Below the pieces are notes generated by a model that worked only from the letters and a program-made list of their open reading frames with translations, was not told where the DNA came from and made no database searches. Shown here piece by piece: positions 1 to 7,738 of a DNA stretch of 32,000 bases; position 1 is the stretch's first letter, and every line of letters starts with the position of its first letter. Position numbers and translations under genes: made by a program. This stretch comes from Deltaproteobacteria bacterium (GTDB lineage: Bacteria > Desulfobacterota > Desulfuromonadia > Geobacterales > Pseudopelobacteraceae), in contig JAJXYO010000062.1 of assembly GCA_021780495.1 (NCBI GenBank), forward strand, positions 86,302 through 118,301, written 5' to 3'.

Positions 1-91
1 TTACCAGAGCAGCTGCAACCATGCTCACCCCAAGCGGATAGATCGGATATGGTGAAAGTGTTACATTGGCTGATATCAGCAGAACCTTCAT
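1..91 (-). CDS. N-terminus of a probable B12-binding-type radical SAM protein, truncated by the window edge
   Basis: Not in the ORF track. Reverse complement from base 91 reads MKVLLISANVTLSPYPIYPLGVSMVAAALV..., open to the edge. Its ATG overlaps the TGA of the 88..1359 gene (ATGA, 4 nt). The 'KVLLISAN...YPLG...AAAL' pattern is typical of cobalamin-binding-domain N-termini; no Cys motif is visible because only 30 aa are present. Confidence 0.6.
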   Translation of the reverse strand, partial: MKVLLISANVTLSPYPIYPLGVSMVAAALV

Positions 92-1359
92 TCAGGGCTC
101 ACAATATCTTTATTAACATCCCATTTTCTTCGTACGGGACTGGTATGCCGATACGTTCCATCGGCCTTCTCTTTCTCGATGACCTTGAGAAACAGTTTAG
201 CCATTTTCAAGTTCTGACTGCTGTCGCTGTAGAATCTGTCCCACGCGTAATAATAAAGATCCTGCAGTTTGGAAGGACTCATCTTTGCCGGTTGGTAAAC
301 GACTTCACCGCCGGTATAGCGATTCCAGTCATTGGATAGAATCCTGCCCTGCTGCGCAAGGGTCTCGCGGATCGGCGTGTGAGGAAACGGGGTCAGGATC
401 GTGAATTCCGCAAGATCCAGATTGATCTCAAGCAGGAAATCGACCAGTCGTTTGATGTCATCCTCACTCTGGTCATCGGTACCCAGAATTATCGTCCCCT
501 CGACTCCAATGCCGCGTTCCTGTAAACGCTTTACCCGTTTGCGAATGTGATCCGAAGTGTCGAAGATCGCCTGATATACATACCAGCAACCGGCCTCGGC
601 AGCCAGGTCAAGGATTTCATCGTCGTCTTTGATCGGGTGGCACACCCATTTCTTCTTAAGTGGAATCAGCGCCTTAAACAGATCCTTCTCCCATTGGTCG
701 TTCTGGGACATGGAATTATCAACAAAGAACAGACGGTTGTTATTTATTGACTCAATTTCACGCAGTACATCATCGATCGGGCGCGGCCTGAATTCGTTGC
801 CGCCGAGAAACGGCGTACAACACGGAAAGCAGTTGAACCGGCAGCCACGCGAAGCATGGATCAGGTCAACCATCTGTACCCCGCGATAGTTATATAACTC
901 GCGATTAAGAATCCCGCGTCTGGCGGGTCCAACCAGATTGATGTCCGGGAAATTGTTCTTATAGTCGTATACCTTGAGCAAATTACCGTTGTTCAGGTCT
1001 GTAATAATTTGCCCGAAACGTCCTTCGGCCTCTCCCAGAAACACTGAATCAGCATGCCGCATGGTTTCTTCGGCATGGAGTTGCGTACCGATGCCACCAA
1101 AGATCACCGGGATTCCTTTGGCACGATAGATGTCGGCGATCTCCCAGCCGCGCGCAATCTGGCAGGTAAGCATGCAGGAGATTGCCACAAGGTCGGCATG
1201 CTCGTCAAAATTGATCGCTTCAACATGTTCGTCGGTAAAGATGAGCTCAATATCGCCAGGCACCGTAGCTGCGAAACAGACCGGGCCATGGGGCGGGAGA
1301 TGAAAATCCGTCTGTCGCTGCAGTTTCGGCCATTTCGGGTAAATTAGTTTTATCTTCAC
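88..1359 (-). CDS. Radical SAM protein with N-terminal B12-binding-like domain
   Basis: 423 aa; CxxxCxxC in 'HASRGCRFNCFPCCTPF'; B12-domain-like 'IPVIFGGIGTQLHAEETMRHADSVFLGEAE' before it. Confidence 0.88.
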   Translation of the reverse strand: MKIKLIYPKWPKLQRQTDFHLPPHGPVCFAATVPGDIELIFTDEHVEAINFDEHADLVAISCMLTCQIARGWEIADIYRAKGIPVIFGGIGTQLHAEETMRHADSVFLGEAEGRFGQIITDLNNGNLLKVYDYKNNFPDINLVGPARRGILNRELYNYRGVQMVDLIHASRGCRFNCFPCCTPFLGGNEFRPRPIDDVLREIESINNNRLFFVDNSMSQNDQWEKDLFKALIPLKKKWVCHPIKDDDEILDLAAEAGCWYVYQAIFDTSDHIRKRVKRLQERGIGVEGTIILGTDDQSEDDIKRLVDFLLEINLDLAEFTILTPFPHTPIRETLAQQGRILSNDWNRYTGGEVVYQPAKMSPSKLQDLYYYAWDRFYSDSSQNLKMAKLFLKVIEKEKADGTYRHTSPVRRKWDVNKDIVSPE

Positions 1360-2084
1360 GCGATACCTTTCTTAATCTTCAGGATTGAAAGCTGACGTAG
1401 AATTTCTGGTATTCCATGTGTTGATTCCACGATCGACCGGGCCTCAATGAGGCTACAGAAAGCATTGCCTTCCTGTTTGCCATCAATAACGAAATACAGG
1501 GCTTCATCTTCCACTATGTTGCCTACGAGCATCCGGCCTGTTTCACCGGCAACAATCATCTCGACCGACATATCAAAAAACTCTGCAAACGAGCCATCCA
1601 GCGCCGTCGCATATAAAAGAGGACCAATCAAACCGAAGTGGATGGCCGCTTCACCCAGCGCACTCGAAGGGAGCGTATAGATGAACAGGTTTGCCCGTGA
1701 AAGCGTGCGACCGTTTTCTACATAATCCTTGAAATAGTCAATGTCCGATTTCAGGGAGCCTTCACGGCTTGTACCGATAATCCCGATGTCCTGCTTGCAT
1801 GCAGATGAGTACTCCACGCCGGCATCCTGCAGGGCAAGGGCAACAGCACTGACAGTCTTCCGCGACATTCCGTCAAGTCGCCCGAAATTCTTGAACGGCT
1901 GCGAAAATATTCCCAATTTCGCAAGAGAGTGAATCCCCTCCCCCTGGGCAAACTGATGTTGCAGCCCGAGCCTGACAGACCCGTAACCTGTGCTTGTCAC
2001 CCACCCTATGCCACGTACTGAAATCATCATCGAAGCTTTCTCAGGCCAGAACCAAAGCAGAGTTAATGCCACTGAAACCGGCAT
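1356..2084 (-). CDS. Half-length beta-ketoacyl synthase-like protein (N-terminal domain only, chain-length-factor-like)
   Basis: 242 aa; KS-like 'SVRGIGWVTSTGYG', 'PSSALGEAAIHFGLIGPLLYATALDGSFAEFFDMSVEMI'; active-site Cys position is not Cys and no catalytic His region. Real start probably about 2030 (MMISVRGIG). Confidence 0.75.
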   Translation of the reverse strand: MPVSVALTLLWFWPEKASMMISVRGIGWVTSTGYGSVRLGLQHQFAQGEGIHSLAKLGIFSQPFKNFGRLDGMSRKTVSAVALALQDAGVEYSSACKQDIGIIGTSREGSLKSDIDYFKDYVENGRTLSRANLFIYTLPSSALGEAAIHFGLIGPLLYATALDGSFAEFFDMSVEMIVAGETGRMLVGNIVEDEALYFVIDGKQEGNAFCSLIEARSIVESTHGIPEILRQLSILKIKKGIA

Positions 2085-3192
2085 TGGTCACGAGAGCTAT
2101 CGCGTTCGGTTCGACAACCCGGCGGTGATCTGATACCCAAGCGATCGCATCATCATCAGCATCTTTCAGATTTACGGTTGGCGGAACGACGTTCTCACGT
2201 CGAGCCCGCTGCGCAATTGCCATTTCGACCAGACCGGCGGCACCCATCGTGTGGCCGATACCGCCTTTGATGGAATAGACCGGCACATTCCGGCCCCGGA
2301 ATACCGCGCGGAAAGCCCGCATTTCCATGGCATCGTTATACGGGGTACCGGTGCCGTGTGCCGAAACAAAGCCGACGCGATCAGCAGAAATACCCGCAGA
2401 GTCCAGGGCGGCGTTGATGGCGCGAACCAACCCTTCGCTTTCGCGGGAGGGACCGGTCATGTGGTTGGCATCATCGCTCATGCCCCAACCGGCAATTTCT
2501 CCTGTGATGGGCCTTTTTTCACGCAGAGCACGTTCTTCGCTCATGACGAGCAGATATGCGGCAGCTTCTCCGACACTTAGTCCGGCCCTGTTCTTATCAA
2601 AAGGCCGGGCCGGGACCTTATCCAGCGCCATGAGCGAAGAAAAACCTGAAAATACAAACTCCGACACACAATCACAGGCTACTACCAGCACACAATCAGC
2701 ATGTCCACTGCGAATGGTTGCCGCTGCACGCGCAGCCGCAGCCGACGACGAGGTGCATGCCGCCGACACAACCAGGCCACCGCCCGTGGTTCCGGTGAGG
2801 TTAATGACCTTTTTGAGTAGATTGCTAAGAGAGCTTTCAGCACCATCGCCAGTTCCGGTAATGATGCTTTTCTCCAGAAGATCGATTTCTCCCTTGGTTG
2901 TCGCCAGCAGAAGTTTTGCATCAGTCGGTATCTTTGTACCGGTTCTGGCAAACAGCTGGGAAATCATCTGCATGACCAGAGACATTTCGCCGTGATACGT
3001 CAAACCAGGAATTGTTCCGGCATAGTCGGAGAATAACGCCTTCGTACTGAATCGGGTCAGGCGGGAAATTGCGGTCCGGTTGGCCAGAAGTCCATCCCAG
3101 CATGCGTCGATACCCGGACCGAATGGGGTCAGGATATCCGTTTCAACGATAACCGCCCTCATGGGCAACAAAGGAATTCTCCGGCTTTCCAC
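2041..3192 (-). CDS. Beta-ketoacyl-ACP synthase, APE/FabF-like
   Basis: Complete KS triad regions: 'VVSAACTSSSAAA', 'SAHGTGTPYND', 'KGGIGHTMGAAG'. Likely start MRAVIVETD at 3162, overlapping the upstream stop by ATGA. Confidence 0.9.
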   Translation of the reverse strand: MESRRIPLLPMRAVIVETDILTPFGPGIDACWDGLLANRTAISRLTRFSTKALFSDYAGTIPGLTYHGEMSLVMQMISQLFARTGTKIPTDAKLLLATTKGEIDLLEKSIITGTGDGAESSLSNLLKKVINLTGTTGGGLVVSAACTSSSAAAARAAATIRSGHADCVLVVACDCVSEFVFSGFSSLMALDKVPARPFDKNRAGLSVGEAAAYLLVMSEERALREKRPITGEIAGWGMSDDANHMTGPSRESEGLVRAINAALDSAGISADRVGFVSAHGTGTPYNDAMEMRAFRAVFRGRNVPVYSIKGGIGHTMGAAGLVEMAIAQRARRENVVPPTVNLKDADDDAIAWVSDHRRVVEPNAIALVTNAGFSGINSALVLA

Positions 3193-3644
3193 CTGCTGCG
3201 GCAGCGATCAAGCATCACCGGCGAGAGCATGCAGGGTTCTCCTGTTCGGTGATCCGTAAAAAGCTGAATGGTGTAGCCGCTTGTTGCCAGGCTGCCATCC
3301 TGTTTGTAAACGTGGAATTCGGTGTTTATCCGCGCGCCCTCGTGCCAGACCATGGAAGCCCGGATGGTGAATTCCTCCGCCAGAAAGAGAGACTGAAAAT
3401 AATCTATATGGAGTGAGATGATGGGGGCTCTCAAACCGGCTTCAAGATACTCATTATATGACATCCCGCAGCGTCGGCCGAGTTCTTCAGACGCCTCCTC
3501 GAACAGGAGCGGATAGCGGCCATGCCACATGATAGCCATAGGATCGGCCTCATTGAAGCGAACGCGACGTTTGACCTCGACGAAGATCGGTTCCGGCGCT
3601 CCGGGAACCGGATCAAAGTACGTTTTTTTCCGCTTGATCTTCAT
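3159..3644 (-). CDS. Acyl-CoA/ACP thioesterase, 4HBT hotdog family
   Basis: 161 aa; 'VRFNEADPMAIMWHGRYPLLFEEASEELGRRCGMSYNEY' is a YbgC/4HBT-type motif. Confidence 0.85.
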   Translation of the reverse strand: MKIKRKKTYFDPVPGAPEPIFVEVKRRVRFNEADPMAIMWHGRYPLLFEEASEELGRRCGMSYNEYLEAGLRAPIISLHIDYFQSLFLAEEFTIRASMVWHEGARINTEFHVYKQDGSLATSGYTIQLFTDHRTGEPCMLSPVMLDRCRSRWKAGEFLCCP

Positions 3645-4021
3645 ATCGCATCACCCAGGGCAACACGCAGTTTCAGATCAGACACCTTTTCTTCTCCCTT
3701 AGTAACACGAACCTTACAGGTAAATTCATTGCCGGCATCCGCAACGCTACTCACGGTACAAATCAGGTGATCTCCAGGCAAAACGGGCGCTACGTACTTG
3801 GCCAGTACTATTTCTTTTAGAAAAACGCGCTGCTGCAGACCTTGCCTGAGTGTTGAAATTGCACACTGAATCTGGCATGCCCCCGGCAGAACCATCTTAG
3901 TCGGGAAATGTCCCTGAAAACCGATAAACTCGGGCGGAAAGGTGAAACTCGATGTCATAACAGAGTCAGTCCGCGTTGGTCCATCCATGTAGCGCTCAAT
4001 ATCCGCTTGTACCTTGCTCAT
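3641..4021 (-). CDS. 3-hydroxyacyl-ACP dehydratase-like hotdog protein (ApeI/FabZ-like)
   Basis: 126 aa; 'FIGFQGHFPTKMVLPGACQIQCA' matches the GHFPxxPVxPG motif; position +14 from His is Gln. Confidence 0.78.
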   Translation of the reverse strand: MSKVQADIERYMDGPTRTDSVMTSSFTFPPEFIGFQGHFPTKMVLPGACQIQCAISTLRQGLQQRVFLKEIVLAKYVAPVLPGDHLICTVSSVADAGNEFTCKVRVTKGEEKVSDLKLRVALGDAI

Positions 4022-4683
4022 GAATACAACTCCTTTTGCCGGACCGTCAGTTGGTAACCATACTTGTAATTAATCATGATAATCCCTTGAGGATAATGTT
4101 TCCCATTCTGCTCACGATATTCATAGTAGGATACCCGCCACACGATTTCATTGTTCTCATAATAAACCTTCTCGACAAGATCCCGCCCTTTCCCGGCAAA
4201 TTCATATTCCATTTCACCGGAACCGTACGGTTGCCAAAAATTTACCTTGTATTTACTCTTCCAGGTACGTGCTCTGTCTGACGGGATCAGATCAAAATAG
4301 ATTCTGCGGATGTCGGTGCCAACCGCTTTCGGAAGGTCACCGTACTGCATGAGGGCGGGCAGTGCATTCTGGGTAACAATGGTATCCCTGTCGCCAGACA
4401 GTTCAAACAACTGGACACCCAATGGGTTAAGACAGACCACTTTAAATTGATTATTCTGACGGTTTATGTCGATGTAGCCGATCCCCATAAAGGATTTCCA
4501 GGAATACTCAAATACGACAGAATTGAGGACTTGGAAGCGTTCCGGGGTGTGAGCTTTAAATTGCGCCACGACACTTTTGGGCTCGACAGATTCAAAGGAT
4601 ACACGTTCAGCTTTCTGAAACGGAATGTGGGTACACCCGGCAGACAATATAATCAGCATCAACAGGGCAACAAATTTGATCAT
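4018..4683 (-). CDS. Outer-membrane lipoprotein-like protein of APE-type clusters (DUF3261-like)
   Basis: 221 aa; lipobox-like 'LMLIILSAGC'; position between MMPL exporter and dehydratase as in APE clusters. Family name is inferred from context plus overall look. Confidence 0.6.
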   Translation of the reverse strand: MIKFVALLMLIILSAGCTHIPFQKAERVSFESVEPKSVVAQFKAHTPERFQVLNSVVFEYSWKSFMGIGYIDINRQNNQFKVVCLNPLGVQLFELSGDRDTIVTQNALPALMQYGDLPKAVGTDIRRIYFDLIPSDRARTWKSKYKVNFWQPYGSGEMEYEFAGKGRDLVEKVYYENNEIVWRVSYYEYREQNGKHYPQGIIMINYKYGYQLTVRQKELYS

Positions 4684-7101
4684 CTATCGGTTTTCCTCTG
4701 TATCAATCAGACTGCACAGAGGTGGAACCACCAATATGGCAGAGAGATATCCGGTAATTATGCAGATAAACATGGCGACTCCGGTAGAGTGGAGTGCGGG
4801 ATGCTTTGCAAACAGAAGCGCACCGGTGCCGATGACATTGGTTATTGCCGAAATAGTCACGGCGATGATGGTCCCGGTACGCAATCTGTGGCGGTATTGA
4901 TAGGTGATCCCCAAGCCATAATCCACGATAACTCCGGTCGAGACGATGGAAGCCACAATATTTATGACGTTCAAGGGAATCTTCAGAAATGACATAATCC
5001 CGACAAACCAGACAATTCCGGTGACCAGCGGTACCAGGGCAATCAGGGTATACTTCCAATCGCCAAAAAACAGCCACGCCAGCACCACATTAAATAGAAA
5101 CGCAAGCGGCGCCAGAATTCTGATCTCCTTGGCTGTAAATGAGGAGATCGAGGCAGACATGGCCTTTCCCGATACGACGAATGTGCCGGGATACTTTTTC
5201 GTGATTTCTGTCAATGAATCAATATAGTTCTGTTCATCCGGAAAGTACGAAAGAATACGGTATTCTCCGTTTTTGCTCAACACAAATCTTTCCTGCAGTT
5301 GAGCTATAAGGCCGTTGGAACCGGCGTTTTCTGCTTGATGACGATAGAGGCCATCGAAAAATGGAGAAAAAGCGCTATCAGAAAATTGATACGCCGCAGA
5401 CGTTTCGCGAATCAGCTTTTTAAGCTCAAGCTCTTTTCCTTGTCTCCAAAAACTGTCCCAATGTGCACTGTTTTCCTTCCGCAGCCGTTCAGAAGGCCAA
5501 AACTGCGCAAGGCTCGTAAATTCACCTTTTTCAACAAGGTTATGTGCAGCATGAAACACAGCGTCGTTAACTTCCATGGCATCTTCGAGGCTTTTTCCCG
5601 TTACCACGAAAATTGCCTGACTGGTTTTGCCACCCCACACATTGTGAAACCTCTGTTCGGCGCGCAGAACTCCCGGATCGCTACCGTCAAGTTTTTTGAC
5701 ATCGCTGTCAAATGTGACAGATAAAGCGCTATACAATGCCAGACAAAACAGCACACCCCATACGCCGATGCAGGTCTTGACCGGCCAGCGAATCGTCGTG
5801 AGCTTGTCATCGATACTGGAGTCTGTTACAGGAATGACCTTCATGTGTGAAAGGACGATGGGAAGAACAAAGAGAGCTATCATCAGACAGATGAACACGC
5901 AGAGGGCAGAGAAAAGTGCGAGCTGGTGATACCCCTGAATTTTCGAAAAAAACAAGACCAGAAAACTGAACATGGTAGTTGTAGCGCTGACCGTAATCAA
6001 TCGTGATAGTTTCACAAACTGCGTGCTATCGACTCCGCGCTTCAATGCAATAAACATGTGCAAGCCATAGTCAACCGAAAAGCCTGCGATTGCAGTACCG
6101 AGTCCGATTACCATATACAGCAGTTTCCCTTCAATGGCTGAGGCCAGTACAATTGACCATACGATAGCAATAAAGGGGATAATAAAGATAAAAAGCACGC
6201 GAAGGTCACGAAATACCATCAGGAACAGCAAAAGAAATGTCACGGAAGCTATGGTAGAAACTATTGATATGTCACGTTTGATCACGCGCTCATTACTGAC
6301 CGTATGCAGATGACCACAGATAATATCGGCCGACACGTATCCCGGCAGCTCTTTAATATGGCCCTGCAGCGCAGCAATGAGTTCTTTGCTGCGTGGGCTA
6401 TCCATCATTGCAACGGAAGTTTGCAGTATCATCAAGGCATGACGACCGTCACGACTGATAAAATGCCCATCCTCAATAGCAACGTCGTATCCCATGGACG
6501 CGGGGAGTGCCCGCATCTTTTCAAGGAGTAGCATCTTGATTCCCAGTGGATCGGCACGGGACAACGACGAAGTGAATACACTTTCCGGGCGCATGGACTG
6601 CAGATAGATACCCCGCATTTTCTGGGATACCGTTTTGCTATTGATAAGACCGTTTATGGCTTCCAGATCCTGCCTTCCAAGCACCTGCGGCGCGTAGTGG
6701 AGAACTGAGAATTCATCCATGACATTCGCAACGGAAAAGCCGGAAACCACCTTCATAAAAAGCGGCGGGGTGAGGGATGCGGATAACTGATCTACGGCGA
6801 GGAAGAGGTCTTTTTTAGTTTTGGCAGGGTCTGTCAATGCAATGGAAACTATAACCTTATCCGAAAAGCTGGAGCCCCTCAGAAAATCCATGCTCCGGGC
6901 AATTTCCTTGTCCGGCGGCAACATCAGGTCGATATTGCCCTCGAAGTGCGTAAAAAACAGGGCTGAGCCAGCAAGCGCCGTGATCAGCAGAACAAACGCT
7001 AAAACCAGTTTTGTATGCTTGCGTACGATCGTCTGAAACAGCAAGAAAACTTTTTCAAACACGCCCTTTAACCTCAAATTGTTTACTGGTAAGTGGCGCA
7101 T
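4684..7101 (-). CDS. MMPL/RND-superfamily exporter
   Basis: 805 aa, repeated multi-TM blocks, 'GLGTAIAGFSVDYGLHMFIALKRG' and 'VASIVSTGVIVDYGLGITYQYRHR'. Start probably internal (47 nt overlap with the upstream gene). Confidence 0.9.
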   Translation of the reverse strand: MRHLPVNNLRLKGVFEKVFLLFQTIVRKHTKLVLAFVLLITALAGSALFFTHFEGNIDLMLPPDKEIARSMDFLRGSSFSDKVIVSIALTDPAKTKKDLFLAVDQLSASLTPPLFMKVVSGFSVANVMDEFSVLHYAPQVLGRQDLEAINGLINSKTVSQKMRGIYLQSMRPESVFTSSLSRADPLGIKMLLLEKMRALPASMGYDVAIEDGHFISRDGRHALMILQTSVAMMDSPRSKELIAALQGHIKELPGYVSADIICGHLHTVSNERVIKRDISIVSTIASVTFLLLFLMVFRDLRVLFIFIIPFIAIVWSIVLASAIEGKLLYMVIGLGTAIAGFSVDYGLHMFIALKRGVDSTQFVKLSRLITVSATTTMFSFLVLFFSKIQGYHQLALFSALCVFICLMIALFVLPIVLSHMKVIPVTDSSIDDKLTTIRWPVKTCIGVWGVLFCLALYSALSVTFDSDVKKLDGSDPGVLRAEQRFHNVWGGKTSQAIFVVTGKSLEDAMEVNDAVFHAAHNLVEKGEFTSLAQFWPSERLRKENSAHWDSFWRQGKELELKKLIRETSAAYQFSDSAFSPFFDGLYRHQAENAGSNGLIAQLQERFVLSKNGEYRILSYFPDEQNYIDSLTEITKKYPGTFVVSGKAMSASISSFTAKEIRILAPLAFLFNVVLAWLFFGDWKYTLIALVPLVTGIVWFVGIMSFLKIPLNVINIVASIVSTGVIVDYGLGITYQYRHRLRTGTIIAVTISAITNVIGTGALLFAKHPALHSTGVAMFICIITGYLSAILVVPPLCSLIDTEENR

Positions 7102-7738
7102 TCAGGATCGTATGTAGAAAATTGATGGTAGTAACATCTCCACTGATCTCTTGGATACGCAACTGCTGCAGATAATTTTGATCATTGCGAAACGTGATGG
7201 TTATACTTTTAATGACTTTTTTTGACACGTTATTGTCCCGTGGAACGAATTCGATCACAAGAGGATTTCGTTTTTTAATCCGAACATCATTGCTATCGAG
7301 AAGCGAGCCATACTCGCCGGAAAACCAGACCGTCATTTGACCAAGAACATTTTGAAAAATAGGATTCTTGGCCAGGGATATTTCCTGTACTTTATTGGTA
7401 TCCTCGTCCCATTGACGAATCAATTTGTCTGTTATCAGTACCGAGTAACGAACAGGAGAATCAACGTGCCATGCAATCTTGTTCGGCTTTTCAAGATAGA
7501 TCCTTCCCTTCATAACGAGCTTTTTCTTGAACATGACCATCTTTTTTTCTTGTATAAACTCTGTCTTGAGTGTTTTGAAACTGGAGGCCTTTTTTCCGAT
7601 GTCGTGCAAGAAAGCTGACAAATCGGCCGGCTGCGCCACGCCGCCAGTTCCGGTTTCAGCTGCATCAATTCGGCCTGTCTGCAGCATGACGATTATGATC
7701 ATCGATATTGCCGCGATACATCTTGTCAAGACTCTCAT
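7055..7738 (-). CDS. LolA-like outer-membrane lipoprotein carrier protein
   Basis: 227 aa with signal peptide; 'KTEFIQEKKMVMFKKKLVMKGRIYLEKPNKIAWHVDSPVRYSVLITDKLIRQWD' is LolA-like. Confidence 0.85.
   Translation of the reverse strand: MRVLTRCIAAISMIIIVMLQTGRIDAAETGTGGVAQPADLSAFLHDIGKKASSFKTLKTEFIQEKKMVMFKKKLVMKGRIYLEKPNKIAWHVDSPVRYSVLITDKLIRQWDEDTNKVQEISLAKNPIFQNVLGQMTVWFSGEYGSLLDSNDVRIKKRNPLVIEFVPRDNNVSKKVIKSITITFRNDQNYLQQLRIQEISGDVTTINFLHTILNAPLTSKQFEVKGRV

Noticed and set aside
547-889. Plus-strand ORFs (67 and 86 aa) within the radical SAM gene
   Set aside because: Antisense shadows of a gene with an intact CxxxCxxC motif.
1356-2084. Half-KS as a degraded pseudogene
   Set aside because: The frame is intact, coupled by ATGA to the next gene, and half-length KS-like partners are known in APE-type clusters.
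2327-2995. 222 aa plus-strand ORF antisense to the KS gene
   Set aside because: Lies entirely opposite a KS with complete catalytic motifs; Ser/Arg/Thr-rich composition with no family signature, typical of a shadow frame.
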